Both the position numbers and the translations under genes were made by a program. DNA of 64,000 nucleotides. Origin: Ophelia neglecta. Lineage: Eukaryota. The first letter of the stretch is position 1. Each line of letters opens with the position of its first letter. Location: the NCBI GenBank assembly GCA_965285935.1, contig OZ260663.1, positions 24,056,001 through 24,120,000 on the forward strand, given 5' to 3'. Positions 1 to 13,298 of this stretch are shown piece after piece. The notes under the pieces were generated by a model. The model was not told where the DNA came from, ran no database searches, and saw only the letters and a list, made by a program, of their open reading frames with translations.

Positions 1-409
1 GGCTGGTCGGTGTGGTTTGAAACTGAATGAAACAAGGTTCGATCAAACTTTGGTTAAAGCACATTTCAATCGCATACTATAATGCATATTTAAATCGCAT
101 ACTATTACGTCCATTTCAATGGCATACATAAAAAAATTGTAAACGAATAGACACAAGAAAAACATAAAAACCCTGGCACATCTACGTCAGCCGGCTGTCA
201 AAAATATGGTATGACGTTTTGCGACCTTTGTAATATAAAGCCATATTGGCTGCTTCAAGTTTACTAGGGAGCAGTTGTATGAATTAATATCAGGCATGCA
301 AAAAAAAATTCCAAAAGCTGAACCCGCAAAGAAGAAAAAATTGGCTTAAAATCCCGTCATATGTGATTACAAGTCTACCTCCGGGACCTTCGCGCTTTCA
401 ATAATCTAA

Positions 410-507
410 TACATGTAAGTGCACAGCTCCGCGAGATTGTGCTTATACATGTAAGTGCATAGCTCCGCGGCCCGCGGAGCTTATACATGTAAGTGCATAG
501 CTCCGCC
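410..507. repeat. Three tandem copies of ATACATGTAAGTGCA(C/T)AGCTCCGC with short variable spacers
   Basis: Directly visible. Bracketed by a TACCTCCGGG direct repeat at 376-385 and 512-521. Confidence 0.8.
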
Positions 508-832
508 GAATTACCTCCGGGGTTTAGGTTCTACCACAAAAACCGGCGACTTAAATCGATTGGTGGCGCCCTCGTGCATCATAATGAGACTTTTCATAAT
601 ACGAAGTAGAACTAACATAATGGCACACCGAGAATGGCATTTTGCATGATGCACCGTTCATAATACAAATAACAAAATGTAAATTAGATAATGAAAATAC
701 ACTTGTGAATAGCGTAATGGAATGTCAGCAGTGCCGTAATACACGGAGCACGTAACAAAATGGAATGGCCATAATGTACATGTAGAATGCAGAATAAATG
801 TGTACAATGCTGCATATTGACATATTAAGAAT

Positions 833-1115
833 TCATAATATGATTGTCATGTTGCGTAATGACATGTTCATGATACGATTGTACGTCTGTCATGTTGCGC
901 AATGACATATTCATAATACATAATAGGATTATCATGTTGCATAATGACATGTTCATAATACATAATAGGATTATCATGTTGCATAATGACATGTTCAAAA
1001 TACATTATAGGATTATCATGTTGCATAATGACATGTTCATAATACCTTATAGGATTATCATGTTGCATAATGACATATTCATAATATATAATAGGATAAT
1101 CATGTTGCATAATGT
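833..1115. repeat. 42-bp minisatellite, about 6.5 copies
   Basis: Unit ATAATACATAATAGGATTATCATGTTGCATAATGACATGTTC; it explains the repetitive ORFs 868-1170 and 892-1224. Confidence 0.92.
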
Positions 1116-1387
1116 AATGTTGAATATCACAATAGAATATTGGCAGGCATTGTACCCCATAACCAGTCACTACTGTGTCGCCCAGGTTCTAATAAGTTCC
1201 AGATGTGGTGTGTCGTGGTCCTGACAAGGCCTGCATGTGGCTTTTGTCCGCCCTGCGAACCGCTACCCCATAGCTACGCAGTCTCTCCCAGGTTTTCTAA
1301 TGGAGAGGGGCTGGAATGGACACAAAGATGTCCACTTATGGGCATAGACAGATAGGGGTAGATTTACTGGGGTAAATTCAAGCAAGG

Positions 1388-1680
1388 TGCGGCCCGGCTA
1401 TTTGATATCAGGGGGCAGGGGAATGGGGGATAGGCTTTTTTTATACAAACACAAAATATGTTAAATCTGTTATCGAATCTTTTCATTTTATCTAAAAAAA
1501 CACATTAATAATACAATCACTTCACCATATATAAAAGATTCCCAGACAAAAATCAGACAGTTTAAGAAAACACTAAAAGGAAAATAAGATGTATTCTAAA
1601 AAGTATGCAAACTTATAAATGTGTTCCTTCAATGGTCCTGAAATCACCGACCCCTCCCCTGGCCATCAAATGGTCCGCGT
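1388..1680. mobile_element. Degenerate MITE-like element
   Basis: Imperfect inverted ends GCGG...ATTTGAT..CAGGGG and CCCCTGG..ATCAAATGGTCCGC around an AT-rich core. Confidence 0.35.
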
Positions 1681-3574
1681 TTATCAGTCTGGTTTCTGAT
1701 ACAGAACATGACCTCCATGCCCTGGTAAGAACGGGTGACAAAGTGTCCCCTGTTCACCGTGGGAGGTCTGGGGGTTTGTCTAGTTTAGGTTTAGATGCCA
1801 GGTCCTGTTTTTCAATTTTTTTTGATTAATAAAATCTTAAGTGGAATCTACAATTGTGCAAGTAAGAATATAAAAAAAAACACTCAGAAATGTGATAACA
1901 ATCAAGTTTGGCATGCCATATGCTTTAGCGGCTTTCCATGAGATCCCCCCGGCGGGGGGGGGGGGGTAGATGGGGGGGGGGGTTAGGGGGGCACTCCCGT
2001 ATATGGTGGGTCTACGAAGGTTCCTTGGGAAGCCCCCCTCCCTCTTCATATCTCTAAATTAATATCCGCTACATTTGGTAATACTTTGGTTATACTTTCA
2101 GCATGGACCCGCTCTCTATGTCACCACAGATGAGCCCGCTCGATATTGTGATTTTTCCAGAAAAAAAACTCTCTTGAATGAAACTCGTTGCCCCTTCCCA
2201 CCAGTTCCACAGGGTAGTACTCCGTCCCCCTTCCCCGCCCGGATTCAGCTCCATATGCAACCTAGAGCTCATGGTCCTATACTATAGCTCCTTACATGAC
2301 TATCTCAAACTCATGTTACCTTATAAAGCGCGTCCTTAAATTAGCCCTCCATTTTTTCATTGCATGAAGGGACGTAGCACACCCAGGTCAATATTTTACG
2401 CGCTAGCGTTTAAACGAAAAAGGGCTTGCAAGTGTACAGATGACACGACACTAAAACACAAAAAAGCTCAGAGATAACCCCTCGACTCGCTAATTGACAG
2501 TTCTCAGCTCCTCTCTGATGTTGTGGGAAAACCCTGACTATCAGTGCGGTGTGGCTAGTACTGTGAATAACGACTTCTCCCTTTCACTCAACAAGTGGGA
2601 CAGTGCTCGCTCTTTGGCCAGGGAGCTGTCGACTCCATATCTGATAGGAATTGTTGGTTCATTCTGACATCGAAGCCTTGTTCGTCTGTGTATAAAACCT
2701 GCAAATGAATGCAAATCATGCAAGGCCACAAATATTTGCTTTTTTCGAGAGAAATTAACAAGATGCCCCGGCAAAATGCTAACAAGGAACCCTGATAAGT
2801 TATCCTGGACTTTTTACCAATATGTAACACGGGGCAAAGTACCGAACTCTCCCTATCAATTGTTTTGTTTTATTTCTATAAATAAAGTATCTTATAAATA
2901 TAATGATGGAGCAAAAAGATCTATCGTACGTATAAAACCCACTGAGGTACGACACACCAGTGATGGTCTTTTAGATGAAAACATGGGGCAGATAAATTTA
3001 ACGATTGCATCAAATTGGGGTTGTGTGATTATGAAGAAAGCATTGCACTGCTACCTGCTTTAAGTCAGAACTTGTTCTCCCACTGTTCCACTTCAGTAAG
3101 AGGTTGGAAATATATCTCTCTCGCGCACTTGAGGTGATTATGATCAGATATTCATACATCAGTTCTTCTCATAACAACCACAAACTCCCGTTCACTTAAC
3201 AAGATTAAAGAAAATTCGCCAGGCTCTTGTAAAACTTACTTTTATCAAACCCATTTCGAGTTGTGCCTTATCACTAAATACATTGGCGTCAAACAGTTCA
3301 GCCTGTTTTTTTCCGGATTAGCTAACGGCCTACGAGACAACGATTATACAATATCCATAGGGTTAGTATTCGTTGAACGAAAAGCAAACTATGCCTAGAA
3401 ATTGAACTGATAAAACACTGTCCAAAGTCTGACTTTTAACATTAAAGAACGGAAGAACAACAATAAGAATATTCCTAATAGCATCGAGGGCCTTGCACCC
3501 TCGCCAACATCCAAGAAACGAGGAAACTATCAATTACAGAGTAGGCTATATCAATTTCGAGAACAGACTGCAAG

Positions 3575-3772
3575 ATATCAGCATCTGTTTGTTCTACTGA
3601 ATCTGAAGTGAAGCATGAAAGACAATAAACGATATCCTTCACAGCTAGAAATCATGTTTCAACGTGGCGCTGTGTCAAACCACGTGTTTCCAACAGATCA
3701 AAGCCTGGTGAGTTGCAACGATTTGAGACATGTATATCTATAGCAATGAATCCTTCTTAAATTGGAACTTCC
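3575..3772 (+). promoter_or_regulatory. Module D (other copies 16225-16440, 35434-35510; weak 47005-47050)
   Basis: Shared core TATCA...TGTTTGTTCTAC...GA.GTGAA...TGAAAG..AATAAAC. Confidence 0.62.
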
Positions 3773-4960
3773 TGCTGCAACGTACACCCAGGAGTTTCCA
3801 GCTATATTTAATTCATACGGTCACTTTTGAAGGGACTGGATAATCAAAAGACAAAAATAAGACTCAGTCAAATGCATCAAGTCTACCCATTTTCAACTAC
3901 AACGGTTTTGGTGAACTGTTCTTCCAATCCTAAGAACTCAGGGCACGTCGCTGCTTACAAACTCATTATATAATCATGTGTAGCAGGGTATGAGGTAGGT
4001 CCAAATCACAAATAAGGCTTGCCTGCGTCCAAGTGTTAGCACCATGTTACATTAATGCGCAGTCCAGCTTCGTGTTTCCTTATTGTACTGCAAATAGCGC
4101 TGACATCTTTATTTGAAGAATAAAAACTTGTGTAGAATACTTCTTGAGTAGTTATCAAAAGTAAGTCATAATAAAACATCCATATTCAACCTACCTTTGG
4201 TTTACCACTGATTCGTTTGCTTCATAAAATAATTCATCATTCATACTCACAAAATTCGACTCATTTCTGACGTTTAACCGCAAAATCCTTAAAGAAACTT
4301 TAGTTGTGAAACTATAAACATATCGCCAAGTCAGTAAATAAGGTCAGATGCTTGGTTTTGGGCCTCTGGTCAGGTTAAAAACCCACTTCTACGGCGGTGA
4401 TCCCAGGACCAGACGCTACCCATTACACTGCCTAGGAAATATGTTTGCTCCGAAATCCCTTCTTGGGTGTGTATTGTCAGGGATGGGTTTGCTTTGCCAC
4501 ATGTGTTAATGTACAGACAGACGTCGGCAGAAATTGACTGTGGTTAACCAGTCTGAGAATCGTTTTAGGAAAATGAATTACAAAACTCGCTTTTCTAGAG
4601 GCAGAATTTTACCTCTGAAATTGGATTAATAATAAACAAAAGACATTCAACACCCGAAACAAATACAAGGGTATATATATTTTAACGAACATTTTTACAT
4701 TCACTTGCTTGCAAATTAAGGCCTAGTTTATAGTATAAAAACCTCAAAGTGAAGTTTGCTTCATTTGGAAAATCTTCAGTTGGTATAGGCCCAGCTGCCT
4801 AGAAGAACATGACCGACACCTAAGACATCAATGAGGTTTTGTGTGTTCAATTCTATCTCATTTTCTCTATTTATCACTAAGTTACTATAACTAGTTCAGC
4901 TATATATTTTCTCTTTCCTTCATTGACTGACGGCCTAATCAAACAGGCGTCTTAAACACA

Positions 4961-5150
4961 CCCCGCGGGAACATCAAGGGTAACTAGCGAAGGATTCTGA
5001 AGAAGCCGCAGGAATTTCTTATCAGCAATAATAATATTCTAACTGAAATGCCTCATTAAGTCTCAATCCAAACAGATGCCCCTGGATGAGCCTCCGGGTA
5101 ATACAGCCCTCTTTGATGTCTCTCGACAGATAAGGTCACAGTGGATCTAG
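4961..5150 (+). promoter_or_regulatory. Paralogous conserved non-coding module A, copy 1
   Basis: 54 bp (5005-5058) identical to 37469-37522; further homologs at 38267 and 48259. Confidence 0.7.
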
Positions 5151-6057
5151 ATTTATTACAGAACAAAGTCATATCTAGGTTAATTATATTCCGAAACTAG
5201 CAATTAATTTATTTTCCTATTCAAGCAGCGAGTTAATTGTTCAGCCTTGCTTTCCATGATCATTCCTATTGTTTATTTAACTCCATGTGCTGAGCACATC
5301 TCCCCATAACAGTTTGAATCAACAGTAGCTGGTGGGTAGCGAGTATATGGTTAACGCTTATAGGAAACGTTTGACTTGTTCTAGGTTTTAAAAATGTGTC
5401 TTGTGCAAATATTCGCCCCACCGAAGCACATTTTCCCCCCAAGAAGCTTAAGGACCTGTAATCTATAACATCCTTTTATAATTGATGCTGCTATGTTTAA
5501 ATGTCGTTTATAATTATTGTAATATAACTTGTATGAATTGTTTCAATGAAAATATCCAAAACAAGCTGAACATTATTTCCTAGAAGATTCAGTTATTAAA
5601 AGTTATAGAGAGCTAGCCATCGATTCTTCAGTGAAGCCAAACAAAGTCTAAAAATGTCCGACCTGCTTCCATTATACAACTCTATTAATCCATATAGTTT
5701 TCTTTGCATTGATTTGTGCGGAACTAATACAATTCCGTTTGGTCATCAATGTATGCTTCACCAATAAACGGAACAGCCATAAGCTGTTTGTAATCCTTTC
5801 CTTTTTTTATATGTGATGGGAACGCATGCACCCCCCCCCCCACACTAAAAAAAGGGGCATCATATTCCCCCCCCCCCACACTTTTTAATGATGCCCCTCT
5901 TACTTTTTGCTCTCTCAAAATGGTGCAATGCAGGAGTGGTCAAGCGCCTTTCCTCAGTTGGCTTGACCATAATCATATAGTTACCTGTGGGCAGGTTATG
6001 TACAAGCCCATTACACACCCAATAATTGAATGTTTTTGCCATGTACAAATCAATGTA

Positions 6058-6179
6058 CAGTGGCGGGGGTGGGGGTGGGGTGTTGCCTGCCATCATATGT
6101 TTTGCCCCCCCCCCCTCACTTTTTATGCCGCCAATGCAAAGTTGGCCCCCTCACTTTGATTTTCCTTCCTACGCCTCTG
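6058..6179. mobile_element. Short hAT-like MITE remnant
   Basis: Ends CAGTGGCG...CGCCTCTG with G-rich/C-rich subterminal tracts; no target duplication seen. Confidence 0.4.
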
Positions 6180-6767
6180 TTCCACATGCCTTCAATTTTG
6201 ACTACTGAATTAGGCAATACAAGTCCCGTTCTAGAGCCAGTAATCTTATCTTTTTTTCAATATTTACAATCCAACACTCTCTGAATACAAACAACAATTA
6301 TAATCCCTCATAAACACCAGTTGTAACAGCATCAAATCACCCTGCGGGGAATATTTATTTGAGAACCCATGATAGTTTACGCTTTCTTCAAACATTTATT
6401 TTGAAGGTGTTCTTGATGTTAGAGGGCGCCACCTTCTAGTGAGAAGTCAGTAGGATTCACTGCTTGTTTAATGTCTTGCCCTGGTTGGCCACTAAGAGAG
6501 TCTTGTCTTTCTCCTTGTGAGTTCAAAGCCAACAGAAAATGAACCAGTTGTGAAACGTTAATACCACTTTAAATAGAAGCTTGATAACCGAATTTTGTGA
6601 AAAGCGGAAGCGTGGAGCCTTGCGATGGTAAATCCTGAAATTAGAACTGAGCACTAGACCTATTAAACATGTCCCTAACCCGTTCAATAGCCCTAAAATT
6701 AACATTCAACCCTAACCCTTGCCTTGCTGACGATTGTTTCCTTCGTGCCACTCAGAAACATCCATGA

Positions 6768-6957
6768 CCTCCGCCTAACCTCCGCCTGGCCTCCGCCTGG
6801 CCTCCGCATAGCCTCCGCCTGGCCTCCGCATAGCCTCCGCATAGCCTCCGCATAGCCTCCGCATAGCCTCCCGCCTGGCCTCCGCCTGGCCTCCGCCTGG
6901 CCTCCGCCTGGCCTCCGCATAGCCTCCGCATAGCCTCCGCATAGCCTCCGCATAGCC
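6768..6957. repeat. 11-bp minisatellite (CCTCCGCATAG / CCTCCGCCTGG), about 17 copies
   Basis: Directly visible two-variant tandem array; it explains ORF 6699-6953. Confidence 0.95.
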
Positions 6958-9900
6958 TTGTTTAATCAGTAGCCTGATGACCTTGTGATAGCTGACCTTA
7001 CTGAAAAAGGCCCACTTCTTTTATAATATTTTGATTTAGCGAATGATTCTTTAATTATGATGACGTCAGGTCATAATACGACATGAAAAAGGACACTTAT
7101 TACACAGCTACTAAATTATCGCACGATCCTGGATTAGATTAGCTTTCGTTGGGAAGATTAAACTTGACAATGGTTCCCCTCAGTATCCAGCGGTGATCTG
7201 ACTTCTCTTGGGTATAAAGCTCTGTCTGTTCATCGTATTATTATTTTTGTTTATTTATCGTTGCTGATGTTTTCCTGGCTTTGTTACACCATGCCAGCTA
7301 CGATATAAATTACTATAATGTGAAACTTCAGTGTATCAGTGTTCTTAAAGTTTAGTTGTTTTGCTTATACAGTGTTACATGTTTTATATTTTAAACTCTA
7401 TTTACTAAAGATAACGCTTTTACACAAATGTCCTGTGATTTGCTTTACTTGTTGTAGATCTAAAAGGGTGGCCACACGACAGAAATCCTTGATGGATCTT
7501 AATGTGATCTTCCTGACCTTTATATAGTTAATATGATTTCATAAATGTAATTATTATTCTATTTAATGTATTATTTATACTGATTGTTAATTTCCGGCAA
7601 CTGCATATAGTAAAACATTAAGCCTGATAAAGTTTGCTAGGTTTCATGGCGGCACACAGCTTATAGGCGAAACTATAGCTTCAATTGGCAGTTTAAGAGC
7701 CTGTCTAGCTGGTGCAGCCCACTTTCACTGAAGTGATTTATCAGGTGAAAAGAACTTACAAACATATAACTCTGATCCCATTGAAGCTGACCCTCCTTTC
7801 CATAGGGAGAATGATTCAGTGTATATGTCTTGACCTTCTCTAATGTGATACAGTGAAAGCAGTGAAGAGGGCAGCACCACCAAGATTAGTTCTATGCTGA
7901 GGGTAAACGTTCTTTTGAACTCCCTCATTAGCATGTGCTTAGTTCGTCTGTCTCAAATATTAACTACTTTGAGATTAGTTATTGGCGGGTGTTATCTTTC
8001 AACTTAACTCGAAAACGAAACATCAGAAGGCTGTATAAAAGGTTGATAACCTATTTGACATTCTAATTGACACCATTCAACTGCCTCCATTCTGGAATCA
8101 AAACGATGACTCCCTCTGACTCCTTGTATATACGTACCAGATGAAAACATCGTCATTGCCAGGTCCACGCATTTTTCAACACCCCATTAGGCGTGAACAG
8201 TTGCCGCCTAACTCCCAATGGTCAATTATATAACATAATAGCTGAAGTATGAATACATGGATACTAGATAATCTGTTAAAAGCTGCAGGTTTTTTGCAAT
8301 CATATCTATTTTGCAGTATAAATCGGGAAAGTACATCTATATTGCGTATACTTTGAACAAACAGACAACTCTATAATGGATAAGCAAACCGTGTTGTCAG
8401 GTCCCTAATATTACGTGACAGCTTAGAACAGGTAGAGGAATTCGTGCTCAATTGTATACCCGAAGTTTTGAGTTGTGGCTAATGCTATTCTTACCCAGTT
8501 ATGATTTTTTTTTTGCGAATATGGCAATAATAGTGGTACTTCTTATAGTATTGTATATAATCAATATTACCTGTATAAGCCAATCGCCAGCGCGGAATGA
8601 TCTAAAACATAATGGAGAGGTGGTAATCACAGCACCCCCCCCCCCCCAGCCTCCCTTAAGTTTTGCACTTACTGATTTACACGTTATGTTGTTTCACCTA
8701 CTGTCACCATGCTTACTTTAAAAACCTCATCACATTTGTATTTTGATGTTTTGATACATGCCTTGTTTTTAGGGGTCAGATGAAATAAACTGTTAACTAT
8801 ACCAATATCTCTTATATGTTAACTAAACTGATATCTCATACTTCTGGCTAAACTACAGATCGAGTTTAAAACGGACTGTTCGCACCGATTTCAGGCACGT
8901 TTATATATTAAAGATTTCGTTTTGTTCTCCGAGTATTCTCTCTCGTTTTTTCCAATGAGAGCCGGCGATATTCCAACAACCGTAAAGCTGGCCGAGTCCA
9001 CAGTGATCATCTTCGACATCAGCCAAAACCTACCAACCATTCTGTCGTCGTCGTTCTAAGATAACATCCAGATTTCAATGTATAAAAGTCCAGACAGGCC
9101 TGTTGGTTTCTGCCTGACATTTGATCCTAAATAGCTACTTTGAAACTGTTGGTCCACATTTAAACATGGCTTCGAATCGAGAGATTGGAAAGAAAGTCAA
9201 ATCGTGGGAGCTATTCATATTCGTGGCCTAGTTTGCCTAAGGCTAAATATTCCTTTTTACTGGTAGATGTGTGCTTCAAAAACCTCCGACAGAAGCTTTG
9301 AAACTTATTGGACAAGGTAAATAGTTTCTTCAACCAATGATTATGACAATGCTAAATCGTGTATTGTACGCTACTCGTAAATGAACAACCCTGTAACATT
9401 AACCGACTTTTTGTGATTCTCCGTGTCCAAATAGCAATGTGGTGTACGTGTATAATTTCTCAAAATTACTAGCGCTTTACGACTCTACAAGTCCTGGGCA
9501 ATGATATTGGACTGGTAGAAAGCGTGGTACCATATCTATTAAAGCCTGAGGGTGGTTCAGTTAATTTAAGCGATGCTCTTGCATTACTGGAAAACAATAT
9601 CTGGGTAACAGATAGAGTTATCTCTGAAACAAACTATAAGCAGGTTCTACTTACATGATACAGATCCATCGTAACTCATCGGAATATGAAAGTGGGCAAT
9701 CTAGGAGCAATGACTTTAAATTTCAGAGGCAATCGATTGGTTTGATTTGAGTTTCAAATTCTTTTCCTGATTCAAAAGCTTTTTTATTTTGAAGCACAAA
9801 GGCGCGGTTTATAAGTAGTCCATTCAAGGTTGCGTGCGTCTGCTAAATTCAAGGTCCATTGTTGGCATATCAAGATGCCCTCCACCCCGCCCCTCCCAGG

Positions 9901-10814
9901 AAATCAAATACTAGACCCTACAATCAACAGTCACTTTGCAAGGCCATTAAGTGTAAGTCAGAGAACAGTCATTCAATAGTACACAGCCAACAGCCAATGC
10001 CACTAAGCTCAAGAAACTCGCCAACATCTCGACTCTGTAATTGGCAGTTATAACAATTATAATTTTGTATTCAAAAAAAGTTTAGGTTCATAAGTGGCGG
10101 CGAATTAGAATCTTTTGAAGGAGCCCAAGCACCTGACAGTCAATGTATTTTGCCGTTGCACAGATCTGAAAATGATTCAGTTGCAATGAAATCGTGGGCT
10201 CCCGAAAAAGCTTCTGGCGGTGTCTGATCAGAACAATATTTAATGTGTCAAGTAGTCGGTTGTCAAAGAGTCGAAAAGTAGATAATGACGAGAATTATTC
10301 TCTCAGTGGACGCCGGAAGCCCCATTAATATGGGATTTCTGGTCGCATTTATCATTTAGTTATTCTATTCAATCAGTATTGTTCACTTTCACGATCATAT
10401 TTTTTTGGTGGAGTGCTGTGTTCCCGGCCACCGACACTGTTGACGGTAGTAGTCCCTCTACATGTGTTTTAGATTGAACCAGTCCCTGGCTTGGTCCGCA
10501 TGGCATCCATTCCCTATCTCTGAGTTTGTGGTGTTACTGAAAACACTTCCAGAGGGATCTACTGGAGTGCGAAGTAGTGAGGGTTTACACCTTAACATCA
10601 TTATTGCTGATAAAACAGTCCTGAAATATTATGTCGTATTAATCGCATAATTTGTAACCTCTATGGGATAACCACTGCACCCGCTGATTGGAGTTTATTT
10701 CAAGGAATTTCAACAAACCCAAGGAACCACAACAGCTCTTATTGAGGTTAATATCATGAAAACAAGACTGTTCGCACTTTCACGGCTGTTCAAGGCTGTT
10801 CCACTTAACCCCCG

Positions 10815-10890
10815 GCCTCTGACACTGAATGTCACCTACCGCGAAGGCGACGATTGGTAAATAGCTCCACGATTTATAACCTGCCATTTT
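10815..10890 (+). promoter_or_regulatory. Module I (second copy 27077-27150)
   Basis: GCGACGA...AAAT.G...CA.GATTTATAACCTGCC; roughly 70% identity over about 70 bp. Confidence 0.55.
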
Positions 10891-11649
10891 CAGCTAAAGC
10901 CCATGTTAACAAGGAGCCGGTAAAAAGAGACATCTGTGACAAATCTGCTCATAATACTGTTTGACGTAGATAGGCCATAACAAGCACAATAGTCAAATCG
11001 TACACATACAAGTGCCAATCAAACAGCTACTATATAGCAAGTGATTAGCAAGTCGCAAACATTTATTCCACGCTGTCATGGGAAAGCCTCTTAATTTTTG
11101 GCATTTTGAGAAATATATACATGATTTGTTGCTAAGAATAAAGAAAACTATGTTTGTCATTTAAAAAACAAATAAAATTTAGAAGCTCTATAGATTTTTA
11201 TGATTTATCAACTCAATTAATGTTGAAATGATGAAAGAAATAGTTATTTTGATTACCACAACGAACTCTGATTTCTGATTTGCATGTTTTTCTTGTTGAA
11301 CGTAGTCAAAGTTTGGTTTCGCAGACAACATGGCATATAATTTTATAAGCAGCGCTCCATTTATACGTCAGTAGTTAAATTTTGACAAACGTTAGCACGA
11401 CATGCAGTTTTTTACACACATTATCCTCAAAAGAAAACTCTTAATAGCTTGTGAAAGAGAAACGCAATTCCCTTTAATCCGACTTTTTTGGCACCCCGAT
11501 AATTTATGTTTCATTTGATTAAACAGACATTTGGTTCAACAATTTATATTGATGGGTACGATATCGGACCTTCTTGCCTAGATGGGCTCTTAGAGATGCA
11601 GTGTTTGAATGTATAACGCATCATATCTTTATCGCGGATGTGTATAATG

Positions 11650-11830
11650 TCCGTCGCCTGTCAAGTATGATAAAGTGGGTCGGGTCAGAGGTCAGCTCAT
11701 TATCCAGTAAATAGATCTAGTTATTGTGGAGAATAGAAGCACCATAGTTGGCATAAATGATAACCTTGTCAACCGTATGCCTGATCCTTAACTAGGCGTG
11801 ACTCGCCCGAGATAAGTAGGTCTGAAATTT
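11650..11830 (+). promoter_or_regulatory. Module F (second copy 21885-22070; weak 27970-28035)
   Basis: About 115 bp at roughly 85% identity: GGTCAGCTCATTATC.AGTAA.TAGATCTAG...GATAACCTTG.CAACC.TATG.CTGATCCTTAACTAGGCGTGAC. Confidence 0.62.
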
Positions 11831-12453
11831 CATATATGTGACCTAAAATGAATACCGGTTTCTGTTCTCAGTAGCATGTGTTTTATGCTTCTCAGGCATA
11901 TTCAGTTCCACAGTCCTTCGTCCCACGTATCAGAAATAACCTCAGATATCAAACTAAACAGTTATATTATCTAACTGTACATGTATAATACATGATCTGG
12001 ACACAGCACAGAAATATAAAAGTAGGTGGCTGCATGCCGATGAGGAGTTCGGCTGTTGCGAATTTCACGTCATTGGGCCGTAGAGGTCGTAAATATCTCG
12101 GTGTCATAAAAACTGGGTGATTGGAAGCGACTGGGTGTTCTTTTTCTCGTCCGTTACTGAAGAATAAGTCGGATTGTTACGTGACGTGGATAACTCTGCT
12201 GCCTTTACTTGTCTACAAACGGAATTAGAAATATGTCTTAAACAATAACAAAACAACTTGGAAGTTTAGGGGCTTGTCAACCAATCATTGTAGCTAGTAT
12301 GTTTCCCGTGTTTAAAAACTTATACATCAACAGTTAGCTTAATTCATCCCCGATATCCAATTATTACCTTTAATGGATTTTCTATTTATATTCCGAATCA
12401 CCAATCTAATAAGGATTAATCTTAATACGCTTTTAGAAGGGTAGTCTTAAGAA

Positions 12454-12575
12454 AGTGATGAATTCAAAGTGACAGCAACCTGCAAATAATCTGATAGCGA
12501 CATTCCTGACCGATGACAATGGCTTTCTGCGAACCATCAATGTCTATTGGTTTGGAGTGGATAGTATCAGGCAGG
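12454..12575 (+). promoter_or_regulatory. Module E (other copies 28465-28545, 31801-31918)
   Basis: AGTGATGAATTCAAAGTGACAG.AA.CTGCAAATAATCTGA shared with 31801; GTGACAGCAA...ACATTCCTGACCGATGA shared with 28475. Confidence 0.6.
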
Positions 12576-12803
12576 CTGGTACTCTTGACATTTCGGTCTA
12601 GATCTGTTTAGTGCCTGGTCGTGGCCGGATAATGGTATGATCATGCTACGCTCCAGGAGTGAGTAGAAAAAAATAATTTTCATTATTACCTCCTTGGTGC
12701 TTTATTCTTAAAAATCTTATCATTGTTCTTTCCGCTAAGCGCGCGCAATCAAATGCCTATAAACGATGGGTTTTAGTCCTTGAAAACCTATTTGATAGTA
12801 ATA

Positions 12804-12981
12804 CAGTGAAACCTGTGAATTAAAGCCACCCAAGGGACCGGAAAATGCTGGTCTGATTTTGGAGGTGGTCTGTTTAGACAGGTTATTTAACATTGAAAGT
12901 ATATAGCATGGTCATCATGTTAGTGGTCTGAATTGGCAGGTGGTCTGATTATAAGGGTTGTCTTTAAGGCAGGTTCCACTG
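12804..12981. mobile_element. Tc1/mariner-pogo type MITE
   Basis: TA|CAGTGAAACCTG ... CAGGTTCCACTG terminal inverted repeats and repeated internal GGTGGTCTG motifs. Confidence 0.7.
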
Positions 12982-13188
12982 AACTTTCAAACAAAGAGGC
13001 ACTAGTCTGCTAATATTCACCGTTTCATGCCAACAGGAGCAAAAATAATTGCACCATAGTTTCTTTGCAAGTCACATGCTTAAGCTAGGATTTTCCTTGC
13101 TCAATCATAGAAAGGCAAAATATTGTCAATTGAATTACACTAGTAACGTATTTATGTGAGTAGGTTACCTATTTTATAGAGTTGAAAT

Positions 13189-13298
13189 CATCAATTGCCA
13201 CGGGAGGCTGACAGAAACCCATAATGGTTAGAAACGGCTGGTAAATCTACAAGACAAGAATTTTTATCACCTGCAAATAGATGTTAAACAGTTCAGCC
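13189..13298 (+). promoter_or_regulatory. Module J (other copies 33321-33440, partial 3268-3303; weak 23053-23112, 46311-46386)
   Basis: CATCAATTGCC...GGCTGACA...TAATGG...CTACA.GA.AA...TTTATCACC...AAAT.GATGT.AAACAGTTCAG. Confidence 0.6.

Noticed and set aside
410-507. CRISPR-like repeat-spacer pattern
   Set aside because: Only three repeats, spacers about 10 bp, eukaryotic context and no cas genes.
868-1224. Repetitive ORFs of 100 and 110 aa
   Set aside because: Artefacts of the 42-bp minisatellite, open on both strands.
6699-6953. ORF of 84 aa
   Set aside because: Translation of the 11-bp minisatellite.
7772-7792. CTGATCCCATTGAA match to about 59326 as another module
   Set aside because: A match this short is expected by chance in a 64-kb self-comparison.
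9473-9750. Protein-like open frame (LQVLGNDIGLVESVVPYLLKPEGG...)
   Set aside because: About 60 codons, no start or clear splice sites and no recognisable family; within chance expectation.
11690-11802. Module F as a coding exon (minus strand RIRHTVDKVIIYANYGAS...IYLLDNELT)
   Set aside because: Some differences look synonymous, but both copies share an in-frame TAG and differ by a 1-bp indel.
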